This document shows, one piece after another, positions 50,375 to 59,464 of a stretch of 64,000 bases of DNA. The notes under the pieces were generated by a model that had not been told where the DNA came from, searched no databases, and saw only the letters and a list, made by a program, of their open reading frames with translations. Both the position numbers and the translations under genes were made by a program. Origin of the DNA: Alphaproteobacteria bacterium (lineage in GTDB: Bacteria > Pseudomonadota > Alphaproteobacteria > Methylaequorales > Methylaequoraceae); the NCBI GenBank assembly GCA_045563025.1, contig JBJKUS010000005.1:34718-98717 (forward strand). Direction: 5' to 3'. Positions within the stretch are counted from its first letter, which is position 1; every line of letters starts with the position of its first letter.

Positions 50375-51129
50375 TTTTTTACAAAAATAAAATTATTTAG
50401 CTTCTCATCAAAAGTATAAAAACTAAAACCTAAATCTGAATAGTCCTTAATATCATTTAATTTTTTTATTTGATTCTGTATTAGAAATTTTGCCATAGAC
50501 CCCCTACACTTTTTGATGGTCATACCTATATTAATCAGCTTTCCTTTTTCAATTTTTTTAAAATCAAAATTTACAGTAGTCGTTCCTAAAATTGATTCAT
50601 TTATTGAAGAAAAATATTCTTTTGAAGCCAAATTAAATAGATATTCAGAATCATTTTCTAAAATATCTTTTTTCAATGAAGTCGTTATATCTTTTTGCCA
50701 AAATTCTAGTAGAGATTGCCCTAAAATAGACTTGGTATTAGTACCCATTTCAAGTCTGTATGGACTTATTAAATCTAAAGGTTTCAATATTCCATATAAA
50801 CCAGATAAGATCCTTAATCTCTTTTGAGCTAAAATTAAGGAATTCTTGTCGAAAGAATTTATAGACAAACCATTAAAAGTATCGCCAGAGAATAAAAAAA
50901 CGGCAGGCTTTCTTAGAACATTATCATCTGAGAAATCAGAAAATCTTTTTGAATTTAAATCTGCTAGAGAGTCACTGATATTCATAAGACTCTTTATGTC
51001 TTGTACATTAAGTTTGTCTAGAACACTTATTAATTTTTTAGTTTTTTCTTTGAAAGCCGGAATACTATTCTGAATCTTAAATTCAAAAGGTTCAAGATTT
51101 AAGTTTTTAGCAGGTGAAATTAATATCAT
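50371..51129 (-). CDS. yaaA: YaaA-family (UPF0246/DUF328) peroxide-stress protein
   Basis: 252 aa with the N-terminus MILISPAKNL and conserved SGLYGILKPLDLISPYRLEM. Confidence 0.8.
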   Translation of the reverse strand: MILISPAKNLNLEPFEFKIQNSIPAFKEKTKKLISVLDKLNVQDIKSLMNISDSLADLNSKRFSDFSDDNVLRKPAVFLFSGDTFNGLSINSFDKNSLILAQKRLRILSGLYGILKPLDLISPYRLEMGTNTKSILGQSLLEFWQKDITTSLKKDILENDSEYLFNLASKEYFSSINESILGTTTVNFDFKKIEKGKLINIGMTIKKCRGSMAKFLIQNQIKKLNDIKDYSDLGFSFYTFDEKLNNFIFVKK

Positions 51130-51172
51130 TATGTAATGATATAATGAATTTAAAAAAAAAATAAACTTTAAA

Positions 51173-51640
51173 TTATTTTATCATAGCCCATTGCCCACTT
51201 TCCTTTCTACAAGCTGTATCAAAGGTATTTTGAGCAATATCTTTTCTATTAATGTAAATATGTTCAATTAATCTACAATTTGGTTTTCCGTAATATCCTT
51301 TTATCTTGACAACACCCTTGCTTCCACTTTTAGGGTTTCTCCAATAACCAGTCAAAAGAGAATTATCATAATCATTTAATTCTAAAGTTCTAAGAGTCTC
51401 CTGTTTGTAAAAATAATAATCATCTTGTCCCAAAAAATCTGCTAGGTATGAACCAATGATTAATCCAACAGTCGAACCTATTGATGTTGAGAATAAATCA
51501 CCATCCGATAGATGATAACCTATATACCCACCGCCAGCAGAGGATGTTGTCTTTACAAGATTATTTTGATTAAAATCTGATAATGTACAACTTTCTGAAG
51601 AAAAAATTAGTGTTAAAATTAATAAAAATCTTTTAATCAT
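51173..51640 (-). CDS. 17 kDa surface antigen-family lipoprotein (paralog of 29284..29751)
   Basis: 155 aa with a lipobox (SSESC), a glycine zipper (SSAGGGYIGYH...GSTVGLIIGS), and a C-terminal ACRKESGQWAMIK that matches ACRDENGNWKII of the paralog and the Rickettsia 17 kDa antigen. Confidence 0.7.
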   Translation of the reverse strand: MIKRFLLILTLIFSSESCTLSDFNQNNLVKTTSSAGGGYIGYHLSDGDLFSTSIGSTVGLIIGSYLADFLGQDDYYFYKQETLRTLELNDYDNSLLTGYWRNPKSGSKGVVKIKGYYGKPNCRLIEHIYINRKDIAQNTFDTACRKESGQWAMIK

Positions 51641-52109
51641 TCAAATACCTGCTAATAAGTTGATCTCTTTCACTTAGATTATAAATACTTTTATTAAAGT
51701 TTCCATTATTCCTAAATTCTATAGATTTAAAAGAAAAAGCATTATTATTCATTTCATTTCTAAAATTATTGACTAAATTTATCTGATCTGATTTTGCCTT
51801 AACTGAAAGCATATTTGCATTATGAGTGTTTGTTGAAAAATAATCCTTATAACCAAGAGGCGAGAGATTTATTATCTCATCTGGAACAATATTGAAGGGT
51901 GAAAAAAAACCAGAGTCAAACAATTGTTTTCCCAGGTATCCGATTGATCCTGATAATGTTAAGTATTGAAAAGCATAACTTAAACTTCTTATTTTAGGAT
52001 TATTTATTCCAGCAGCACCTTCACTTCCAAAAATTTCTGTAAAAGCACTTGCCTTTAAATTTGAACTAAAGAAAAATAAAATAAAGTAAAAAATAAAAAA
52101 ATATCTCAT
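51633..52109 (-). CDS. secreted hypothetical protein
   Basis: The start is placed at the internal Met (MRYFFIFYFILFFFSSNLKASA, signal peptide); the ORF-track start is 52145. No known motif. Confidence 0.4.
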   Translation of the reverse strand: MRYFFIFYFILFFFSSNLKASAFTEIFGSEGAAGINNPKIRSLSYAFQYLTLSGSIGYLGKQLFDSGFFSPFNIVPDEIINLSPLGYKDYFSTNTHNANMLSVKAKSDQINLVNNFRNEMNNNAFSFKSIEFRNNGNFNKSIYNLSERDQLISRYLND

Positions 52110-52169
52110 TACATTAACTTGCATTATAAACTTAAAACGACACATCTCTAAAAAATTTAGAAAAAATTT

Positions 52170-52460
52170 CTAATTATTTAGATAATTAATTTCTTCAATA
52201 ATCAGCATTTGTTGTTGTATAGGAAGGCTTTCAAAGCTCCTAAAAGAAATATCTTGTGATTTATTTTGATAGAAATTTGAAAGGATCTTATTTTTTTTGT
52301 AGAGATCGCTCTCATAATTTAGTGATTTGTCAAAATACTGATCATAAACCATTGCAGCACCAGTTTTTATAAGGAAAAATTCAAATAAATTCAAAGAACT
52401 TACCGATCCAGGAATAAAAACAATGAGGTTAGTAAAAAGAATTATTTTTTTTAAAATCAT
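52170..52460 (-). CDS. small secreted hypothetical protein
   Basis: 96 aa with an N-terminal signal-like helix (MILKKIILFTNLIVFIPGSVSS). Confidence 0.35.
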   Translation of the reverse strand: MILKKIILFTNLIVFIPGSVSSLNLFEFFLIKTGAAMVYDQYFDKSLNYESDLYKKNKILSNFYQNKSQDISFRSFESLPIQQQMLIIEEINYLNN

Positions 52461-52547
52461 ACTGTAACATTACAGAAAAAACATTTATTTAACAAGTTTA
52501 TGATATGAAATACAATTAATAAATAAGTAATTCTTTAATAATTAGAA

Positions 52548-53576
52548 TTAATTTTGTCCAAATCCAAACTGCCATCCAATCATAATTTTATATGTTTCAG
52601 ACATTTGAATTCCTCTTACTTTTTGATAAATGGGTAGAACTATCTCTAATCCTAACCTATGATTTCTTAAAAAGTCCTTGTTATTAATATAATTTATTCC
52701 GAAACCTAAATTTATTTTCTGATGACCAACATTATTTGAATCCATTGATGGGTTCATTCTTTTATTCATTTCATCATCACTTCCATTAATTTGTCCAAGA
52801 TATTTATAATTAAATTTGATAGCAGTACTGACATTCTCCAGCCATCTGTAAGAAGACCAAATTGTTGTATCTATTGATGTACCATAGTGATAACCATTTC
52901 TATTATATCCTGAAACTGGTTTTTTAATAATAAATTGCTCACCTACTTTAACTTTGTCAAAATTATTCACATTATTAATTAAAAAATATGGATCAAATGT
53001 TCCGGTTCCATTCTGCATACCATAACCTAATCTAGCACTTGAAGACATAGGAGTAGAGTCTCGCTTATCAATTCCCCCCATTGGAAAGCTTACTCCAAGA
53101 CCAATATGTGATTTTAAGAAATCGCTTTTATATAATCGGATAAGAGCTGATAATCTCGTATCACTAATACCATTTGAATTAACATTGAATCTAGTTCCTC
53201 CAGACATTCTCATTCTTTCTGAAGTCATTTCTTTTTCAAGATAACCTGTCATTAACATAAAAGTTAAATTATCTGTAGGTGCATACATTCCCCCAAACAT
53301 ATGCATATTCATATTCATTAAAGTTGGTGAATTCATATATCTACCAGAACTATCCGAAGCGCCATTAGGTGCAGACATTACTGAATCTATTGAAATTTTA
53401 TTTTGTCCTTGTAACATGCCACCCATCTTCATTTTGCTTAATCGATATGAAAACATAAATTCATTTTTTTTATGCAGATGATCACCAATAACAGAGATTG
53501 GTCCGTGACTATCTGCGAATATAATTTCGTCTGATAAAGCCGAACTTGAGTAAATAAATAATAAAAAACAAAACAA
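52548..53576 (-). CDS. putative outer-membrane beta-barrel protein, methionine-rich (CopB-like?)
   Basis: 342 aa with a signal peptide and Met/His-rich segments (DHLH, MNMNMHMFGGM, MTSERMRM). Alternating hydrophobic strands end in an aromatic-rich C-terminus (IMIGWQFGFGQN). The CopB assignment is tentative. Confidence 0.4.
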   Translation of the reverse strand: MFCFLLFIYSSSALSDEIIFADSHGPISVIGDHLHKKNEFMFSYRLSKMKMGGMLQGQNKISIDSVMSAPNGASDSSGRYMNSPTLMNMNMHMFGGMYAPTDNLTFMLMTGYLEKEMTSERMRMSGGTRFNVNSNGISDTRLSALIRLYKSDFLKSHIGLGVSFPMGGIDKRDSTPMSSSARLGYGMQNGTGTFDPYFLINNVNNFDKVKVGEQFIIKKPVSGYNRNGYHYGTSIDTTIWSSYRWLENVSTAIKFNYKYLGQINGSDDEMNKRMNPSMDSNNVGHQKINLGFGINYINNKDFLRNHRLGLEIVLPIYQKVRGIQMSETYKIMIGWQFGFGQN

Positions 53577-53630
53577 CTGATCTAAGCATAAGATCTCTCC
53601 TTCAAAGTGTTAAATTAAAATTAGATTAGA

Positions 53631-53951
53631 TTAAATTAAATTTGCAGTTGGAGGAGAGTTGTTTTTTTGTTCAATATATAATTGGTATTCTTCTTTTTTT
53701 AATTCAATGTTGATTTGAAATCTTGATATATTGTATTCAACATTATTGAAAGTTTTAAAAGAGGTATCTTCAGATGCAAAACAATTAAATTTACAACACT
53801 CATAGTTTTTTTCTGAATTTTTATTTTGGTTCTCTGTACAAAACTTTATGGGAAAAATTTTAACAATATCGTTTGCAATAGAGACTTGTAAAAAGAAACA
53901 GTAAAATAAAGTGGTGAAAAAACTTGAGAATAATAAATTTCTTTTTTTCAT
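53631..53951 (-). CDS. small secreted Cys-rich hypothetical protein
   Basis: 106 aa with a signal peptide and five Cys in the mature part (FCTEN...YECCKFNCF). Confidence 0.35.
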   Translation of the reverse strand: MKKRNLLFSSFFTTLFYCFFLQVSIANDIVKIFPIKFCTENQNKNSEKNYECCKFNCFASEDTSFKTFNNVEYNISRFQINIELKKEEYQLYIEQKNNSPPTANLI

Positions 53952-54064
53952 CTTAAATTTTATTTTAGTAATCTGTAATAAGTACTATATTTAATAATTA
54001 TTTAATATATATTTTTTTATTTGTAGTATAAGAGTTTAAGTTTAGGGTTTTATAAATTATAAAT

Positions 54065-54436
54065 ATGGAATTTTTCTTAGAGTCATTTCTTAATCAATAC
54101 TCAGGTAATCTAAGGGGGTTTATTTTTGGATTTGTCCACGTAGGTATAATGTTGTTAGGGTATTATTCAGGATGGAGTATAAATAGATTTTTAAAAATAG
54201 TTTCCAATGGATATATTGCAGGAATTGTAGGCGCAGCAATGTCGCATATCATTGCCGATCTCATAGCAAGTTATCTAGATCCGCACTTAAGAACTATGAT
54301 AATTGGAATAGTTTTAGGTGGAGTAGTTCCTTTATTATTTATACCTCTCCTTGAAACCTTAATTAAAACAAAGAGTAAACATCACATTGTTACAGGAGAC
54401 CACGAAGATGTTAAAAAGGACCTTGACTCCCATTAA
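54065..54436 (+). CDS. hypothetical small membrane protein (3-4 TM)
   Basis: 123 aa; hydrophobic segments (GFIFGFVHVGIMLLGYY, IAGIVGAAMSHIIADLIA, MIIGIVLGGVVPLLFIPLL) and a His-rich C-terminus. Confidence 0.4.
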   Translation: MEFFLESFLNQYSGNLRGFIFGFVHVGIMLLGYYSGWSINRFLKIVSNGYIAGIVGAAMSHIIADLIASYLDPHLRTMIIGIVLGGVVPLLFIPLLETLIKTKSKHHIVTGDHEDVKKDLDSH

Positions 54437-54472
54437 GATTTCAACTTAACACCCTGCCCTCTTCGAGTTTTA

Positions 54473-54549
54473 TGGTAGCGGAGGAGGGACTTGAACCCCC
54501 GACACGCGGATTATGATTCCGCTGCTCTAACCACCTGAGCTACTCCGCC
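54473..54549 (-). tRNA. tRNA with CAT anticodon (elongator tRNA-Met or lysidine-modified tRNA-Ile2)
   Basis: The minus strand reads GGCGGAGTAGCTCAGGTGGTTAGAGCAGCGGAATCATAATCCGCGTGTCGGGGGTTCAAGTCCCTCCTCCGCTACCA. The anticodon stem is GCGGA/TCCGC with loop ATCATAA. It is not an initiator (no three-GC anticodon stem). CCA is encoded. Confidence 0.85.
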
Positions 54550-54673
54550 ATTATTCTAGTTATCATATGCAAAAAGAAGTGACATATTCAATGCATCATC
54601 TAAATAAACGTAACTAAATTTAATATTAAGAACTAATTGATATAAATTAAATTGTAAAGTCTCTTTTTTAAAT

Positions 54674-55828
54674 CTATGAAAGTCTTTTTTCACCAGATAT
54701 AATCCATCCACCACCAATCAATTTATTCAGATTATCATAAAAAACACAGGCTTGCCCAGGTGCTATTCCAAACTCTGGTTTAAATAATTCTACAATGCCT
54801 GTTTTTTTTTCTTTGTCAGAAATTTTTACTTTTGCAGATATAAGACTCCTTCTAGATCTTACTTTTACATATGCATTAAAATTTGTAGACGGAAATTTTT
54901 TTGAAAAGAAATTTAAATCTTTAACATAAACATAATACTTTCTAAGTTGTTCTTTTGGACCAACAACAATTTTGTTTTGCTTTGAATCAATATCAACAAC
55001 GTAAAGTGGCTTTTGTTCAGATTCTCCTTTAATTCCTCCTACACCGATCCCTCTTCTTTGACCAATGGTAAAATCATAAATGCCCTGATGATCTCCTAAT
55101 ACTTTACCATCATAAGTCACAATCTTTCCTTTTTTTGGTTTATAATTGAGTGTTTTTTTTATAAAATCTCTATAATTACCGTCTGGAACAAAACATATGT
55201 CTTGACTGTCAGGCTTTAAAGCTACATCAAGCTCGTATGATTGTGCTATCTCTCTTATCTGTTTTTTACTAAAATGACCAAGAGGAAACCTTAAATACTT
55301 TAATTGATCTTGAGTTGTAGCAAATAAAAAATAGCTTTGATCTTTCTGACCGTCATTAGCTTGATGAAGCTGAATACCATCTTTAGATTCTATTCTTTTT
55401 ACATAATGCCCTGTGACTAACACGTTGGAATTGAGTTTTTTACTAAATTCTATTAGATCTCTAAATTTAACAGTTTGGTTACACGTGATGCATGGAATTG
55501 GAGTTTGCCCATTTAGATAACTTTCGACAAAATCATTTATCACGGAATCTTTAAAGTTGTTTTCGAAATTTAGAATAAAATGTTTTATTCCAATTTTTTT
55601 GCAAACATTTCTTGCATCTGCTATGTCAATACCTGCGCAACACGTTTTTGTACCTTTTTTTTTTGCCTCATAGAGTTTCATAGTTACTCCAATTACCTCA
55701 AATCCTGCATTATGAAGTAAAACTGCCGTTACAGAGGAATCAACTCCACCTGACATCGCAACTACAACTCGTGAGCCCCTTGGTGGTAAATTGTTTATAC
55801 TAATTAATTTATCGTAATCAATATTCAT
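54674..55828 (-). CDS. mnmA: tRNA 2-thiouridine(34) synthase MnmA
   Basis: Contains the PP-loop SGGVDSSV and a catalytic Cys region. The start is taken at the Met whose ATG overlaps the iscX stop (TAATG); the ORF-track start is 55849. Confidence 0.9.
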   Translation of the reverse strand: MNIDYDKLISINNLPPRGSRVVVAMSGGVDSSVTAVLLHNAGFEVIGVTMKLYEAKKKGTKTCCAGIDIADARNVCKKIGIKHFILNFENNFKDSVINDFVESYLNGQTPIPCITCNQTVKFRDLIEFSKKLNSNVLVTGHYVKRIESKDGIQLHQANDGQKDQSYFLFATTQDQLKYLRFPLGHFSKKQIREIAQSYELDVALKPDSQDICFVPDGNYRDFIKKTLNYKPKKGKIVTYDGKVLGDHQGIYDFTIGQRRGIGVGGIKGESEQKPLYVVDIDSKQNKIVVGPKEQLRKYYVYVKDLNFFSKKFPSTNFNAYVKVRSRRSLISAKVKISDKEKKTGIVELFKPEFGIAPGQACVFYDNLNKLIGGGWIISGEKRLS

Positions 55829-56028
55829 TAATCTCTTTCCTCTATCCAAGCCATCTGAATAGCTTCTAATATCTTTTCATTTGATTTCTGAGGATCATCA
55901 TCAAAAGATTCTAAATCCGTTACCCATTTATGCAAATCTGTATATCTGAGATTTACATTATCAACCGTCGGGTACTTTTCCTCCAACATTATGGCGATAT
56001 CAGTGTAATCACTCCATTTTAAACTCAT
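55828..56028 (-). CDS. iscX: Fe-S cluster assembly protein IscX
   Basis: 66 aa with near-colinear identity to E. coli IscX (LKWSDYTDIA..YP.VD....RYTDLHKWVTDLESFDDDPQKSNEKILEAI). Confidence 0.8.
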   Translation of the reverse strand: MSLKWSDYTDIAIMLEEKYPTVDNVNLRYTDLHKWVTDLESFDDDPQKSNEKILEAIQMAWIEERD

Positions 56029-56030
56029 AA

Positions 56031-56360
56031 TTAAACACTCATATTTCTGGTACCGGAGGGAACTTTTACCCTCATACCATCATGTGATCCATCAATTATT
56101 ATTTGACAACCCAGACGTGATGTATGTGTTAGGCCCCACGCCAAATCTAACATATCTTCTTCTTCTTCTGATGGTTCAGGAAGTTTATCAAAGATTTTTT
56201 TTTCTAAAATTATATGACAAGTTGAACATGCTAGTGAGCCCTCACATGCACCCTCAAGAGAAATACCATTAGTATGAGCTACCTCTAACAAAGAAAGACC
56301 ATTTTGCGCGTCTACTTCTTTTTCTGTCCCATCAGCTTCAATAAAAATAATTTTGGTCAT
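56031..56360 (-). CDS. fdx: ISC-system [2Fe-2S] ferredoxin
   Basis: 109 aa with a Cys ligand pattern (CEGSLACSTCH ... C) typical of adrenodoxin-type Fdx. Confidence 0.9.
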   Translation of the reverse strand: MTKIIFIEADGTEKEVDAQNGLSLLEVAHTNGISLEGACEGSLACSTCHIILEKKIFDKLPEPSEEEEDMLDLAWGLTHTSRLGCQIIIDGSHDGMRVKVPSGTRNMSV

Positions 56361-58147
56361 TTTTGCTCCAGTATATCTATGTCTTTACCAACAAAATTTT
56401 TAAAATTTTTATTAACAATTTTTTCCGCAAAAGATTTCGTTATTTCATTAAGATCTTCAACTAAGTTATCAATTTCAACCTTATTATTTTTTTTAAGTTC
56501 ATTATTAAGCATATTAGTAATATTGTAAATTTTTTCTATATCTTTTTTTGAACAAAGATTTTGTATCTCTATTTTCGCATTATTTACTTCGTTAATTAGT
56601 CTTGTTGCCTTAATTTTTGATTCAATTAGGGATCGTGTATCCATATCTTCTTTTGCATTTTCAATACTTGACTCAACAATCTTCTTCATTTCCTCAACAC
56701 TAAGATCAATGCCAGTTTTTATTACAGAATTTTGTTCATTTCCTGTTGATTCGTCAATTGCAGAAACAAATAAAATACCATCAGCATCTAGAGAAAACCT
56801 TACCCTTACTCTCGGTATCCCTGCCGGTTTTGGTTCTAAGTTTGATAGAATTAATTCACCTAGAAAAGTATTATTTTTTGATATTTCTCTTTCACCTTGA
56901 AGAACACTAATTTTAATTGAAGTTTGTCCATTTTCATTAGTTGTAAAAACCTGCTCTTTGACTATGGGAATATTTGAGTTTCTTGGTATAATTTTCTCCA
57001 TCAAACCACCCATTGTTTCAATACCTAATGATAAAGGGGTTACATCTAATAAAAGGTTATCTGAACCATTTAACAACTCAAAACCATGTAAACTTGCTCC
57101 ATGTGAAACTACGTGATCAGGGTCTAATTCATTAAAGATTTTTTTTCTAAATTTTTCTTCTAGTTTCTTTGTTATGAGCTTTACCCTAGTTGAACCTCCA
57201 ACTAATATAAAACCATCGATTTCATTAATCTCTGCCTCACAGTCATTTAGTAATTCAGATGTAATTGAAATCGTTTTTTCAACCAATTCCTCTAATATCT
57301 CATCAATTTTGAACGAATTTACATTAATTTCTTTTTTTTCTCCATTTATAATCAATGAGGCAGTAAAGTTTTTAGTTTCTTGAGATTTTTCTTTTATTAG
57401 CTTAGCTTCTTTGAGCAAAACTTTAAGATTATTATCTGCAATATCTTCTTTTTTAATTTTTAAATCTTTTAAAATTAGTTCCTCTAAAATTAGGTTATCA
57501 AAATCATCCCCTCCTAGGTTTGCATCTCCACTAGTACCTACTACCTTAAATAATTTATCCTTTAATTTTAAAAGTGAAACATCAAATGTCCCTCCTCCTA
57601 AATCGTATACCAGAAAACTACCTCTTTTTTTTTCATCTAGTCCGTAAGCAAAAGCAGCAGCGGTTGGTTCATTAATCAACCTTCTGACGTTAAAGCCGGC
57701 CATTAAAGCTGATCTCATAATTCCTGATCTAGCTCTTTCATCAAAATATGCTGGTACGGTAAGTACACAATCACTTAAATCCTCTTTAAGATAATTCTTG
57801 GTCATTTTTTTTAAATATAAGAAAAATTCTTTAGATATTTCAACAGGTGACATTTCCAAATTATTGCTCAAAATCATTTTTTTATCAGGATTTTCTACAA
57901 AGTTTCTTTTGATAGAAAAAACACAATCTTGAATATTTTTCTTGAAATCAATATCATTACCTACAACTATTTCCTTCTTAAATAATAATGCAGTAGGAAT
58001 TAAAGTTTTCTTATTAGAATCCTCTATAAAAATCACTTTGTCATCTAGCTTCATTGAACAAACTGAATTTGTGGTTCCAAAGTCTATACCTAAACACTTT
58101 GAGATGGTCTGATTCTTGTTTGGTTCTTCTATATTTACCAGGCTCAT
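56357..58147 (-). CDS. hscA: Fe-S protein assembly chaperone HscA (Hsp70 family)
   Basis: 596 aa with the Hsp70 ATPase motifs (IDFGTTNSVCS, DLGGGTFDVSLL) and a substrate-binding domain. Confidence 0.9.
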   Translation of the reverse strand: MSLVNIEEPNKNQTISKCLGIDFGTTNSVCSMKLDDKVIFIEDSNKKTLIPTALLFKKEIVVGNDIDFKKNIQDCVFSIKRNFVENPDKKMILSNNLEMSPVEISKEFFLYLKKMTKNYLKEDLSDCVLTVPAYFDERARSGIMRSALMAGFNVRRLINEPTAAAFAYGLDEKKRGSFLVYDLGGGTFDVSLLKLKDKLFKVVGTSGDANLGGDDFDNLILEELILKDLKIKKEDIADNNLKVLLKEAKLIKEKSQETKNFTASLIINGEKKEINVNSFKIDEILEELVEKTISITSELLNDCEAEINEIDGFILVGGSTRVKLITKKLEEKFRKKIFNELDPDHVVSHGASLHGFELLNGSDNLLLDVTPLSLGIETMGGLMEKIIPRNSNIPIVKEQVFTTNENGQTSIKISVLQGEREISKNNTFLGELILSNLEPKPAGIPRVRVRFSLDADGILFVSAIDESTGNEQNSVIKTGIDLSVEEMKKIVESSIENAKEDMDTRSLIESKIKATRLINEVNNAKIEIQNLCSKKDIEKIYNITNMLNNELKKNNKVEIDNLVEDLNEITKSFAEKIVNKNFKNFVGKDIDILEQK

Positions 58148-58148
58148 T

Positions 58149-58727
58149 TTATTTCAAATCTTTTCTTATTTTTTCTAGGTAAGATAACTTAATACTTAGA
58201 TCTTGAGCCTTAGAAAATACTTTTTCTTTTATATTTTTTTCGATCTCATTTTCTAATGAACCAATCTGAAGCTTAATTTCATTTTTTATTTTTTGTTTCT
58301 CATTTTCATGTTCAATGGACATACACTTGCTTTGTAAATCCATTATTTCCTCTAATAAATCTGGATCTTTGAAAGATTTTCCTTCTTTATCATCTTGTTT
58401 AAAACCATAAAAGTCTAGAAGAACCTTCAATCTATCAACATTATTCATAAGCACATTATATGCATTGTTTATCTTTGCTGATTCAGCTATCGAAATTTGC
58501 TTTTGATTACTGTCTGCATTTACAAACTTATCTGGGTGAAAGATACTTTGAAGTTTCAAGAACTTCTCTTCAAGGTCATCAAAGTTTAAAATAAATGTTT
58601 TTTCTGTATCAAATATGTCATAAGGGTTGGCTTCCTTTATTTTTTGGATTTTGTTACAGGTCTGACATTGAAAGTTTATAACTTCTGTCCTTTTTTGACA
58701 GTACCAACAAGTTTGATTTGGTCTCAT
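58149..58727 (-). CDS. hscB: co-chaperone HscB (J-domain) with an N-terminal Cys4 zinc finger
   Basis: 192 aa with a CWYCQ...CQTC motif, then a J-like helix with HPDK (FLKLQSIFHPDKF) and a C-terminal helical bundle. Confidence 0.8.
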   Translation of the reverse strand: MRPNQTCWYCQKRTEVINFQCQTCNKIQKIKEANPYDIFDTEKTFILNFDDLEEKFLKLQSIFHPDKFVNADSNQKQISIAESAKINNAYNVLMNNVDRLKVLLDFYGFKQDDKEGKSFKDPDLLEEIMDLQSKCMSIEHENEKQKIKNEIKLQIGSLENEIEKNIKEKVFSKAQDLSIKLSYLEKIRKDLK

Positions 58728-58735
58728 TTATTTTT

Positions 58736-59059
58736 TTATATATGAAAAGATTCGCCACACCCACATCTGCCTTTTTCATTAGGGTTTATGAACTTAAAGC
58801 CTGATTCTAATTCACCTTTGATATAGTCCATTTGTGTTCCAATCAGAAAAAGAGAGGCTTTTTTATCTATAAAAATTTTTACATCATCGAAAACAAACAT
58901 TTCATCGTTTTGATCAACCTTATCGACGAACTCCATAGTGTATGACAACCCCGAGCATCCCTTGGTACTTATCCCTATTTTAATTCCAGATGTATTTTGA
59001 TTTCTGGAAGCAAATAAGCTTTTTATATGATCAACTGCGGAGGATGTTAAAGTTATCAT
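58736..59059 (-). CDS. iscA: iron-sulfur cluster assembly protein IscA
   Basis: 107 aa with the ATC-fold motifs (GCSGLSY, CGCGESFHI). Confidence 0.85.
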   Translation of the reverse strand: MITLTSSAVDHIKSLFASRNQNTSGIKIGISTKGCSGLSYTMEFVDKVDQNDEMFVFDDVKIFIDKKASLFLIGTQMDYIKGELESGFKFINPNEKGRCGCGESFHI

Positions 59060-59439
59060 TTTTTATTTTTATCTTTATAATCTGCTATTGCCGCTTTAAT
59101 CGCATCTTCAGCTAAAACAGAACAATGAATCTTTACTGGCGGTAAAGCTAAATGATTTGCTATCTCCGTATTTTTTATAGAGTCAGCTTCATCAACACTT
59201 TTTCCTTTAACCCATTCGGTAATCAACGAACTGGAGGCTATCGCCGAACCACATCCAAATGTTTTAAATTTAGCGTCTTCAATTATACCGGAGTCATCAA
59301 CTTTTATTTGGAGTTTCATTACATCACCACAAGCTGGCGCACCAACGAGTCCTGTCCCTACTTCCTTTGATTCTTTATCCAAGGAACCAACGTTTCTTGG
59401 GTTTTCATAGTGATCGACAAGTTTTTTACTATAAGCCAT
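59056..59439 (-). CDS. iscU: Fe-S cluster assembly scaffold IscU
   Basis: 127 aa with the motifs GAPACGDVMKLQIKV and LPPVKIHCSVLAEDAIKAA. Confidence 0.95.
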   Translation of the reverse strand: MAYSKKLVDHYENPRNVGSLDKESKEVGTGLVGAPACGDVMKLQIKVDDSGIIEDAKFKTFGCGSAIASSSLITEWVKGKSVDEADSIKNTEIANHLALPPVKIHCSVLAEDAIKAAIADYKDKNKK

Positions 59440-59464
59440 AATTTAGTATTCCTTTCAAATTAAA

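Noticed and set aside
52548-53576. Confident assignment of the Met-rich 342 aa protein as copper resistance protein CopB
   Set aside because: Only compositional resemblance (Met/His-rich N-terminal half, predicted beta-barrel) supports this. There is no adjacent copA/multicopper oxidase, and I cannot run a profile search, so it is kept as a tentative annotation only.
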